A stretch of DNA of 62,318 bases, filler included, from Choristocarpus tenellus KU-1152 (taxonomy: Eukaryota > Protista > Phaeophyceae), in the NCBI GenBank assembly GCA_964200185.2. It is 9 parts of 9 records of this genome, joined end to end, with 100 filler letters (N's around TTAATTAATTAA, not from the genome) between each part and the next. Parts side by side here need not be neighbours in the genome. Positions count along the whole stretch, not along the records: positions 33,290 to 38,714 come from CAXNAD020010821.1; positions 38,815 to 45,608 come from CAXNAD020007336.1; positions 45,709 to 53,941 come from CAXNAD020004959.1; 6 more parts are not named here. The stretch is one strand, 5' to 3'. Within the stretch, counting starts at the first letter, position 1. Each line of letters starts with the position of its first letter. Both the position numbers and the translations under genes were made by a program. The notes beneath the pieces are model-generated. The model ran no database searches and had not been told where the DNA came from. It saw only the letters and a list, made by a program, of their open reading frames with translations. Positions 38,073-50,028 of this stretch are shown piece after piece.

Positions 38073-38156
<84 letters not shown>
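38073..38156. repeat. (GGCTCA)14 microsatellite
   Basis: Perfect hexamer array; it explains the spurious AQ/LR/LS repeat ORFs. Confidence 0.95.
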
Positions 38157-38158
<2 letters not shown>

Positions 38159-38467
38159 ATTGCAGCTCCGGCTGCATTGCCTCGATTAACTCCATCATCT
38201 TGTCCCAGGGTCCCACTGCTCAATATTCGGCATGGCATAACAGGTACCCAAAGTATCCTCCTCGACCTCCAGTTCTTGCTCCTTATCGATTGTACCATAT
38301 CCCATGTCTCCTTAGCCTCCAGCTTCCCATTCGTGTCGAAGGTGTAGGTCCACTTTGTTGGGATGGCGATGATGATACTATTGCCCATTTCAGCTTCCTG
38401 TAGCTTATATCGGGTCTTGCGATGAGCTGCACGGGGATCTCGTCCTCCGCGTGTCCTCCGTTGAGGT

Positions 38468-38642
38468 GGCTCAAAGTATCTGGGAGGGGGTGGCGTCTGT
38501 CCATTTGGATCATTTTTTTCATCTTGCGATTTTTCGGTAATTTGGTTGCATTCGTTGGATGGATAATGCAAGTGCGCGTTTCCTGGGTATGGATCAAATG
38601 GACACCCTGGCTCAGACCCCCTCGCCCCAGATACTTTGGGTC
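38468..38642. mobile_element. MITE family A copy
   Basis: GGCTCAAAGTATCTGGGAGGGG...CCCCAGATACTTTGGGTC. Confidence 0.9.
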
Positions 38643-40058
38643 GTCACATTCCCACCTCATTCACTTGTTTCCGAGCCAAAGTATCTTAGAGGGTAGAGCC
38701 GTGTGCATTTGGGGNNNNNNNNNNNNNNNNNNNNNNNNNNNNNNNNNNNNNNNNNNNNTTAATTAATTAANNNNNNNNNNNNNNNNNNNNNNNNNNNNNN
38801 NNNNNNNNNNNNNNATTTGGACTAAGATCAGCTCCCGAAGGGACCTGTCCGTCACAGAGGGCATAATAATATATATAGGAGAGAATTATCAGGAAAACGC
38901 CGAAACCTCTCTTATATCCTGAAAGGTCGTCACAAGGCAATTAACCCTCTCTTATATCCCGTTTCCCCTTACGTTGACCTCTCTTACACGGTACACCCAT
39001 TGTATAGTGATATAGTGAATTTGAGCACGAGCTCAAGAAGACTTCAAGACGCCTCCCTCTCTATATATCATTTTGCAGGATATCATCCAAGTATTTTCAC
39101 TATCTCTCGTGCATCGGAACTACCAACCATTTGCGTAGACATGTCCTAGTGCCTCTTCGTTTGATGTGTCGTGATCACACTATTGATGTTCTAAATTTAT
39201 GTGTTCTTCAATTTTCTTTTCATGAGTCTGGTATCCGCCATGGTATATTTAGTTATCATAGAATTTCAACATCGAAATAAATATTTGCATATGTCTTAAG
39301 AGCAGTCCTTTGTTGAATAAAAACCCTCAGAACTGTTGAAACCTGATTTCGTATGAGTTGTGCATTGTTGTGGTGTGTCTAGTTTGTAACGAGGGGTATG
39401 ATAGTGCAACAAAACACTGATGAATTTGTTCTGGTAGGTCCGATGACATGCTTTACTCAATCAGACAATGATTGATGCGAAAGTGTGTTTGGTTGTGCTG
39501 TGCTTAGCATGTTAGAGACAGGTGTGTGTCATATGTGCAACAAGACACCTGCGGGTTCGGTCTGGTGTGTCTGAAGGCTTGTTTTACTCAATTCATACTA
39601 TGGTTGATGTGAAATGTGTACTGGTACGTCTGGCAGCATGTTTTACTCAAACAGACTATAGATGTGAAATGTGTGATCATTCATTGAGACGCTCAAATGA
39701 AGAAATGCATGCTCTATGAAGAGGCTTGTCGCCTTTACTGAGGAGGGTTTCGAAGGATGGTTTTGACTCTGTTTATATTGCATCCCAGCGTGTGCCTGGT
39801 ACACGTATTGCAGAGTGAGCGGGATGAATTATGAAGGGGCAATGCCAGTCAAAGGAAAAATAATAAACACATGATATCCAACTGACAGCTTCTTGTGTGA
39901 AGAAGAAGAAAGGGATTAAGCAAAGAAGAAACAAGGAGACAAACTTGAATCAATGTCTGAGGGAACTGATGCAACACATGGTATGCCTGTATTTGTGATA
40001 GGAAGCGACTGTCCTTTTGCTTCCTATGTCCTGTGGTGTTCTGAAGGAGGTTGATGCT

Positions 40059-40234
40059 GGCTCAAAGTATCTGGGGGGGGGGGTGGCGACTGTCCATTTG
40101 GGATCAATTTTTTCATGTCGAGAGTTTTGGGTGATCTGGTTGCATACGTCGGATGGATAATGTAAGTACACTTTTCCTGGTTGTGGCCCGAATGGAAACC
40201 CTGGTGTAGACCCCCACCCCGGATACTTTGGGTC
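40059..40234. mobile_element. MITE family A copy
   Basis: GGCTCAAAGTATCTGGGG...CCCCGGATACTTTGGGTC. Confidence 0.9.
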
Positions 40235-41983
40235 GGTGTTGTGATGAAGAGCTAATGAGGTAAGTGATAATAGCGACCATTACAATGGATAAATCAACAT
40301 TCAGCATGGACTGATGATACTGTATCGTATCCAAACAAATCGAATGAGTGTGAAACAGATGGAAAAGGAGAGAGGCAAGTCAAGAGGGAGAGCAATCCCT
40401 CAGAAGACCACTCGGGAAAGGAGTAAACAAGTGGTAACTGAATGAGGGGGGTTTTGCAAGGTTCCCTTAAACTACCCGCTCTTACTTCAAGCAGATGTTA
40501 CCTTCAACACGCAAGAACAAATGTCATATGAATATCAGATTCTTCAAGATAGGTTACCTTTAGGGTGTACCTTCTTTGGAAGATGGCTCTCACATGAGTA
40601 GCCTATGTTTTAACATTCTGACATCATAATAAAATATACGTCACAATACAACGAATTCATCGTGTCCTGTTGTAGTGTTGTCTCTTATATGTAGCATGCC
40701 TTCGATGCTATACGGACACACTCGATACCGATCGCGTATTCGTCTCTCCCAGATGGCATACTTTTCGACATTGATGTGAGATTGTGCGCTTTATAAGGGA
40801 CATAATACCTTCCTCGATACAAATGCGAATATACCTGCAAATGCTTAATCCATGGTCATGTCCTAGTGCATACTGTGCACAAGTCTTCTCCTTCACGCCC
40901 TCTTAGATTGCTGAAACACCAAGGATATTGACAGACAGATAGCCCAACCACTACAGCTGACATACCCTCCCACACTTCATAGCACGATCTAGATCTCAAG
41001 ACGAAAACCTACAAGAAGAAGTATCCCTTACTCCACACTTCATCAAAACAGCACCAACCCTCGACTCAAGAAATATACGAACAGACAACGTTTGCAACAT
41101 CATAACACGGTCCACGTAAATCTAAGGACTAAGGGGACATATCCGAAGTATAGAGTATTCCACACTTCATTAAAACTGGATCAACCCTCGACTCAAAAAA
41201 ACATGCCAATGGACAATTTCTAAAACTTGATCAAGGCACAAATGAACACCCGGGGCTAGACCCCCCCCCCCAACCAGACATTCTAACTCAGTTGTAGGCA
41301 ATGCAGATCTGTCTTTGTTGCTGTGTATGTTAGTGACCTCTTCCTGTACGTATATGTACCTTCTCTCCTTCTGTGACATCTCAACAATGCTTTGGTGATG
41401 TAGCTTCATGATAGAACAAGAGGTGCATCAAATCATAATGAATTCATCTTCACTCTTCACAGTCAACCCCTCAGACATCAGGCACATATGTTTGAAACCT
41501 TGAATTGCATAAATTGGGACGGTTTCGTGAAGTGCTCTGCGTAGAACCTTGAACTCTTGTAAAGGGAGAAGGTGACCTAGTGCACTGAAGCACTGGCGGA
41601 TTCAATGTGATGAATCTTGTGTCATGCTCCGTGAAGAGGCTATTTGGGTATTGAGAAGTATCAGTCAACTCATATTTGTCACGGACTGACTGAGTTTGTA
41701 TGTTGAAGAAATACTATAAAACATGCAAAGTGCAACGGCAAGTCATGATCACGTACCTTGCTGGGAAGTATATATGCTATGTGAACACTTTACGACAACT
41801 CTTATAACTTGACGGGTCCCTGTAATATTGGTATGATTTTTTTCCCTTTATGTATCTGAAAATTTCGAAGGGCACGATAATATACATGTATATGGATGGA
41901 ACAACAGCCGGACACTAGTTGATGGTATTGAACTGCATCTATAAATCGTGGAGGAAGTACCCTATGTTTTAACTAAAGCCATG

Positions 41984-42242
41984 GAGCCAAAGTATCTTAG
42001 AGGGTAGATACGCGTCCATTTGGGGTCCAAAATCCAATGTTGTGATTTTGATGTGATGTTGGCCATCGTGTTTCTTAGGAAGTGTCAATATCCATGTTTT
42101 GAATACACCTTTTCATAACATAAACATTTTACCTACTCCGAAACATTTTGGAGTAGGTAAATGTCATTAAAAAATCCATGGGGAGCCAAGCCCCAAATGG
42201 AAAAACAGGGCAAAACTGGTACCCTCTAAGACACTCTCACTC
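41984..42242. mobile_element. MITE family B (~260 bp)
   Basis: TIR GAGCCAAAGTATCTTAGAGGGTA...TACCCTCTAAGACACTCTCACTC. Second full copy at 47244-47504; partial copies at contig ends 38673-38714 and 59254-59321. Confidence 0.88.
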
Positions 42243-44225
42243 CATGCAGAGTGCAAGGGTAAGTTGTGATAATATGCCGTGCAGATCAGTATAATGCAAT
42301 ATCAGTAATCGTACGCTAAGGAACCATTACTGATGGACAGGTCAACGGGAGAGATATCTTTCACATTTAAAACTGTTACTTTTACAAGGGTCCTTATGAT
42401 ATTGAATTGCCCTTTCCGTGACACATCTGCAAAATGTTAGAGGGCATAATAATGGATGTAGTTGATGGTATTGAACTGCATCTAGGAGTGACAGAGGGAG
42501 TAGTCTATGTTTCGCAACCTGTTATCTAACCTTTCCTTTAATTTAGAGGAAGGCACGAATGAGCAATATTCCATCTCATATACTACAGAAGGAAGACTTT
42601 GGAGATGTTAAAAAAGTAAGGAAAGAGTAACCACATTTAGCGCTCTTGGAGGCGCTTCATTCAAATTGGGGCCTTGCTGCCATATGATGATGCCCAGCAC
42701 TCGGCCACCTTTGTGACTTTCACGCGTGTCGTGTCATGTGCTGAGGTTCAATTGGATTTCAAGTGGATTAATTCATGTTCTTTGTAGTCGTAAATGACAA
42801 CACTAATAAAGTTTAGAAAGATGTATTGAGACCCTTCGCTAACTGCATTTAACGAGAAATTCTAACCAATCCCCAAGAATTAGTATTGCCAACCGATTTA
42901 CATTACAGTATGGTATAAAAACCAAATCGGGAAGATCAATTTCGCTTTATTCGATTGATCTGTTGGCGCGTGAGGCGACGCACCCGAATCGCCGAGTGGT
43001 GTGGCCCACAAGGAGGCAAGAAGTTCAAAGCTTCCTCAGGTCTTAGAAGGCAAATTTGAACCCATGTATGCGTATGCTGTGTATGGTGTTTGTGTAGTGA
43101 CATGTTCAGACGTTTTTTTTTGTCTTGTAACATCTGACACCTTCAGTCACACTGCTGAGGGTATCGTGATAAAATGAAAATATCTAAATAATCGAAACTT
43201 TTCAGTTTTGCTATTTACTACTATCTTGATGAATTGAACTTGTGCTGGTTCACAACACTACTACCAAAATTGCCTAACCGTCGATATTTCATACACACTT
43301 TTTTCAATTAGGTCACAACTACTACAGCACTTGGGCTGAGGGGATTTCGCTGATGACATGTTTTGGTCAGTCAGATAATGTTTGACGTGAAATCGAGGTT
43401 ATTCCTTGGGATACTCAAAGGAAGAAATGCGTGCTCTGAGCAGAGATCTGTTATCTTGAAAGAGAAGGGGTTTCTGAGGATGTTTAAACTCTGAATATGT
43501 TGCATCCTGGTGTGTGTCAGGTACACTTACCGTAGAGTGAGCCTGATGTCTTCTGAGGGCCAGCCGGAAAAAAGAATAATCAACACACGATACACAATTG
43601 TGAAGACTTCTGATAACCCTGACAATTCCTAAAAAAAAAAACGGCAATCACACAAACACCTCATGGTTTGCCTACTTTTCGACCCATGAGGGTGAATTAC
43701 GCCTTGCTTTCAACCTTCAAAGACTATTCCCTGAAGTCCACGTCCGATACTCCTAACCACAACAATAACCCTGAGCCTACCACTAACACCTTCCATAAAC
43801 TCAACGAATGGCCTGGATCGCCCCCCTATAACCCTCTAACACTAACCATAACCCTTATCCAGACCCTAACCCTAAGCCCATCTACACGCCATACCAACCA
43901 CAAATCGCCATGCGTCTTGTTCGATTAGACTCTTTCAACTCTATCGGACAATTATGGCAAAATATGTATGGAGTAAAAGAACAATCAATTAGTGGTTGAG
44001 TTATCAGAAAATTTTATTAGTGATTAGTTGTATGAGAAAAATTGTCATATAAAAGGAAATATTTCTGATTTTATGAGGTCCTGCATGCCTCACTTAACTT
44101 TAATCAATCACTCTACAGACATCAAGCAATCTCCCTGGGTTTATCACCTTTATCCTCTTTGATGGTTTGGGAGATACTTTAACGCAATATATTGAACCTT
44201 AGGTTTCTGACCTATCATTTCATCA

Positions 44226-45608
44226 TGTCTACACGAGGAGATGCGATTCAAGAATTACGGGAACCTGTTCCTTCCAAGGGCCCATCTGTCCAAGAATTCA
44301 GACAGCTCATGGCGACAGTAGCGGAGTTGTCAACAAACATTGGCAATCTCATGGTTCAGTCTGAAAGAGTCGGCGACGGAAATCATCCCGTCGTCCAGGC
44401 CGCTGTGCCCTGCACATGGCCTCCGGCTGGGCACATACCAGTCGAAGTGGGTCCTATGGAACCCATGTTGAGGGAGATTTCCCACAGAGGGGAAACAGTT
44501 TGGATGCTGCCAGCTTCAGAAGTGGGGTGAGCTGGAGGTCTAGTTCTTCGGAGAGCTTGGGGTCAGGTGCACATATGGTTCGCCCTAAGACAAAGAGATC
44601 AAGGACCCAACCACCGAAACTATTAGACGACTCGGACTACCGGGACTGGCAGAGGCGTTTCATCGTGCATTGCAGATATCCCCACTGCTTGGGTGCATTG
44701 ACAAGTGAAAGACAAGTCAATCAAGAACGCTCCTATGAGGAACTTCTCTCGGATGGCTTCAGTGCGAATGATACCTGGATGGCCGAAGAGGCCTACCATG
44801 CACTTACTGTTGCTCTCATCGTACCCACCACCAGGGCAGTATGCTATACACACCAAAGCCCGAGCAAGCTTTTCCGAGCAATAGATGATTTGTTCATGCC
44901 TAATACAGTGGGTAATAGCCAACATTTGTTCCGTGAGTTTTTCACTCCAAAGGTGGAGAAGGGGGCGAATCCAATCCTGACCTTAAGCCACTTGGAAGAG
45001 CTACAGGGGAGGATGGTATTAATGGACCTGGTCATCCTGGACAAGCTGCCGCTCTTACAGTTCCTGAGTGCCCTCGGATCAGATTACGATGCCAAGATAC
45101 GCATGATGGTCTCGCAGAGGACACTATGTTGAGCAGACGTAGAGAAACCTGCTAGAGAGCGATATGCTTCCCTTCATCAGGGGAAGGACTCAAGACACAA
45201 GAACAGCCATGCTTTGGTTGTTAACAGCTCATCATAGAGGAAGAGTCAATATCATCACAACAGCCAACGTCGCGGCGTCGAACGTAAATTTCATGGTGAA
45301 AGAAATAAAATGTTTCTAATCCAACCCTAAAAGTCCCGAGAAGATTCCTTGTGAGAGGTGTGGTAAGAATGGACATGAGAGAAGACAGCTTGCTCAAACA
45401 GCATTTGCACCAAGTGTGGTGGACGCTGTTGAAATACCCCACACTGGACCCTCGGCTTTGGTGCTTTGATGAAGGACAATGAACAGCTTAATGTAGATAT
45501 GCAATATTTGTGTTACAAGAGGCTTGTGGTCTCGATTCCGCTGACCAAGAACGTGGGTAAGACCAGTGCAGACTACCATGTGGGATTTGCAACGTCCACA
45601 TGGATAAT
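44226..45608 (+). mobile_element. Ty1/copia gag remnant (frameshifted)
   Basis: DYRDWQRRF...LFRAIDDLF...LFREFF...LSHLEELQGRM...QFLSALGSDYD (copia gag/UBN2-like), followed by a degenerate knuckle CERCGKNGH at ~45350. Confidence 0.75.
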
Positions 45609-47243
45609 NNNNNNNNNNNNNNNNNNNNNNNNNNNNNNNNNNNNNNNNNNNNTTAATTAATTAANNNNNNNNNNNNNNNNNNNNNNNNNNNNNNNNNNNN
45701 NNNNNNNNGGAAAGTGCACTTTGATTATCCATCCAACGTATGGAACCAAATCACCCAAAAATCGCGACATGAAAAAATTGACCCCAAATGGACAGCCACC
45801 ACCCCCCCCAGATACTTTGAGCCTCGAGAATCTTCTTCCTGTCTGTGCAGATCTTTCCCCTGACGCACCACAGTGTTGTCACCTCTTCGATTGTAACTAC
45901 GACAAGAACATACATTGTATCTCCCACTGCGTTATTCCTCATATTATACATTGCATTACACATGTTTTCCCAATGGTTTCGCTTATTGTGTAAATTTCTC
46001 CCAATGTTTTGTTGCAGAAGGAGACGGGATGTAGGTTTGTGAGGGTGTGAGCGTCGCACATTTTTTTTTCTTTACTTGAACAACGGTTTTGGAGCATGTA
46101 GTTCAAAGTACTTTCTACTACTTAGTATGTTTTTCCACTTCCCCCTAGCATTTTGAACAATCATTGCCTTCCTGTCCTGAGTGGATGGTAATTGTACGTA
46201 GCTTAAAGGGCCCTATCATCGATAAAACTGTCTCCCTAAGTGCAACCACACAAACTTTGCACCGCAATTTATCCCTTGTCTCCCTCTTTCTCTCAGAATT
46301 TGACATCCCCGATCTGAAACCGACGTTTTCCGATAACAAAGTATGGTTACGAATCGATTGATGGCACATATTTTACACTTGAAGAGTAAAGAGTGTGTGT
46401 GTTTGCATACATTAATATGTGTGTGTGTGGTCATCCTTTGTCCTTAAGAAATAATATGTTTCTATTACTATTCTAAGTATTGTACGACTAATAATGTAGT
46501 ACTAATATTACTGTCGTTTTGTTACATTTTATCAATGTTATTCATAGTTTTATTCTAATAATATTGTATTTTTTTTGTATTATTGTTGTAGTAGTAGTAG
46601 GTGAAGTCGTGTGGGCATCCAAATTCTGATTAGATCTGTTTCTCAGATAGAGAGAGCGAGCGAGAGACATTTGCTTGTTCATTGAGATTATGGTATGGTA
46701 TGGATCATGATGATAAAACCCCACCCTTTCCAACATACCTTAAATTAATTGTGACGGACCTTCCTTTGTCGTTCTAGTAGTCCAGTAAACATCCAAAGAA
46801 AGAGGGTTCGGTACTGGGACATCTTTCTTTGTCAATATAGAGCAAATTCACGAGGGATTTATTTGGGGGAAGGGGTTATTATCCTACAGGGGATCACACA
46901 TCAACCTCCTCTATGGTACGAATTAGAAGCAGCCACTCTATTCCAAACCTTTCTTATGATAATGCATAAAATAAGTGCAAACTGAGGCGGATGTCACACA
47001 CCCTTTCGTACCTTATTCCTCAACGTTAGCAATGGGTTCTCAATTAAGCAGTGATGAGGATCAAAACAGCGACACCTTTGCTGTCCAGAACTCTCCTATA
47101 TCTTCCCCCTTGCGCCTATGTCGTGGACATTGGGATCAGATTCACTCACAAAGATTGGGACATGGCGTCATACATACAAACACTATCCCTTTGCAGTGAG
47201 TACTGATCTGCCCAACATCTTCATTTGGTACACAAATCTCTCT

Positions 47244-47504
47244 GAGCCGAAGCATCTTAGAGGGTAGATCCGCATCCATATGGGGGCCACAATCCAATGT
47301 TGTGATTTCAATGAAGTTTTGACTATCGTGTTTGTTAGGAAATATCAATATCCTTGTTCTGGACACACCTTTTCATAACGTGTACATTTTACCTACTCCG
47401 AAATATTTTGGAGTACGTAAACGTCATTAAACAAAAAACATGGGAAGCCAAGCCTCAAACTGACAAACAGGGCCAAACTCGTACTCTCTAAGATGCTTTC
47501 ACTC
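47244..47504. mobile_element. MITE family B copy
   Basis: GAGCCGAAGCATCTTAGAGGGTA...TACTCTCTAAGATGCTTTCACTC; colinear with 41984-42242. Confidence 0.88.
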
Positions 47505-50028
47505 TTTAGTCTGTACACGTATCACTGTACCATTTTCAACATTGTCTTTAAGAATGTTAGACAATGCAGAGTTAGGGACAGACGACCGTCTAAGCATCAT
47601 ATTTTTGGCTGTTTTTATGCAGTATCCTTCTTGTTGCGCAATCTATGAGCCTGTAAACTTTCAGTAAATGTGGACACCTTCATAATAGCACAGCAAGGAA
47701 CCTGACGCTCTGAGAAAGGTTGCAACAACAGAAGAGACGAAATAAAATCGATAAAAGGTGTGGTGGGGGATCATCAAAATCAAGTGGGGTCTCATTCCTT
47801 TTGTGGATACTCTCGACTGTTAGTCTACCTATTAATAGAAATTGTCATCCATACTCCTCACAATGAACTTACAAACATGCTTTCTTTGTACTATATATAT
47901 AGTAAGTTACATACTGAATTGAATAGTACTTCAAACATTCTCTAGCCCCAGCACTAACTACATAGTAATATTAACATTGCAAAAAAAAGCGTATATAGTA
48001 CATGAATGACTTGCGCTTTATGTGTGCGTGTGCCCCTGATCTTCCCCCCCGAGTCAAAGTAAACGAGAGGTACTCAGTGTTGCATTATGAGCATGCATGC
48101 TGACAAACACGTGCAAAAGTCGATTTTTTTGTGTAAACGAATGTAGGATATTTCTGAATCGTGTCAGAAACGTTTCAAACAACAGAGAAATGAACTCTCT
48201 CGAATCAAACTTAGGGCTTCATCCATAGAAATACGGGTGAGTTACGAAAGATTTGCAAATGAAGACTTCAAATGCAAAACGGTCAAAACATGGATGCCTC
48301 TCGTTTACTTTGGCTCCAAGTGTTCCGGGTAGTAAGTGAGGCACTGAGGGGATGAGGAGGACCCCTACTTTCATGTGGAAGTATAAACCGAACGAAGTTG
48401 GCAGGGTTTGCACAGAAAATTTACGTATCAGGGAGCACCCTTCTTACAGGGGAAGGAGACGCAGGGACCTGGGATTGTGGGAGAGGGGGAGATGAGGGGC
48501 GCACTACCAGAAGGTTTTAACAAAAATTGATATTGACTTCCTCTACAACCTTCTGTGACTAGTAAAAAATTTTCGTTCTAAATTTTCTTTTGTCCTCCAC
48601 TAAACAGAGCCTCATCTCATGATCAGTTGTGGGTACTTGGTGAGGGAAGACGGAAAATAATTATGGTCCTTTTTTTTTTAAGGTTTTGGTATAGAGGCGG
48701 TACGGAGACAGTCGTTGCAATTTAGTTGTTGATGTGGTGTTCATAAAACATACACAAATTTGACGGACCTGATCTTCTTGCTCTCAAAACAGTAGAGCTA
48801 ATGTTACACCAAGTATATTATTGCATTATTGTTATTTTTTGATGTCCTGCTATTCTACTGTACTTTTGTGGAGCTCTAGTTTTACTGTACAGCTTGTGAT
48901 GGTCCACCCACAAATAATCTTCCTTCTGAAGCAAACATTTTCAAACATAAAATGTTACATACAAAGAAGGACTGTTTTCAACTTCTCAAGACTGAAAATA
49001 ATGCACTCCTCCCTCTACTTCTCAAAACCCAACTTGTTTTTTTGTGTGCTTCTCTCAATAGTGAGGTCATGTGAATGTCGGACAACTATGCCCTTGCCCC
49101 CACAGGATTGGTTATTCTTCAGTAGGGGCAAGGTGCAATGGTCTCACCATTACCATGTGTGCAATGTGCATAACTCAAGTCTCCCTTCCAACTTCCCCTC
49201 CCCAAATATCTTACACTACACGTTGACTCTTCACTCTGCAATCTCCCTTGAGTAGTAGTTGCCCTTAAGCTTGTTTAACGCCATAAGGACACATGAAGAA
49301 ACACTTAAAACTCCTGAAATCAAGCTATACTTTGAAAACCATCAAGCAACACCACCAACATTTTCCATCTGAAGTCCACATGCTTCACTCAGGAACCTTC
49401 ATCAGATACATGCCTGCTCTCTGTGCATACACATAATTACACAGCAAACACTCCCTAAAACTATCACAGGGGCACTACTGATAAGATGCTAAACCTATGC
49501 TCTTTACAGTGTGCCTCTCCTTGTGAGTTCAAATAGATCTGATACTGCTGAGGATACGTAGATATCAAAGCCAGGACACCCAGAAACATCATTGTTCACT
49601 ACTGCTGGGGCTGACGGAGGGTCTACAATTACCAGATCGCCATTGTCCTACTTTACAGACTACTGCAGTGTAAGAAAGTTCTCCTGGCCCCAACACGTAG
49701 AACAGACATGCCAAAAAGCATGTAGTCAAGTGTTAGATTAAGGCAGATTTTATTGTGGACACACATGCAGGGAGAGGCCACTGCAGACATGTACTCAAGA
49801 CAAATTAACACACGGATGGGGGGGGGGGGGGGGGGGGGGCAGGCAAGGGTTGTGCATAAGGCAAGAACAATTGTCCTATATTTCCACCAACTATCCCCAA
49901 CATACCATTCAACAATATCCAAAACACACTCCAATCTACATAATATGTTACCTTTTTTGCAAGGCTTAACACAGCAGTCCACCCCAGCCAGTCAAGGGAC
50001 AACAGCAATGTCTTGTCATCCTTGTAGT

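Larger units (their letters stand above)
36190..38467 (-). mobile_element. Degenerate, internally deleted Ty1/copia retrotransposon
   Basis: Zinc-knuckle-like CYNCGGKG (~37640-37667), RT tail YCTILGKLIFLAGMTRPDLSNSVREL, RNase H AGYLILMNGAPITWKSKMQ...SSEAEW...DNRGAI...QLADILTK, and PPT-like GGGGGAG-TG near 36285-36297. Confidence 0.85.

Noticed and set aside
37927-38571. ORFs with AQ/LR/LS dipeptide repeats
   Set aside because: Artefacts of the (GGCTCA)n microsatellite plus MITE sequence.
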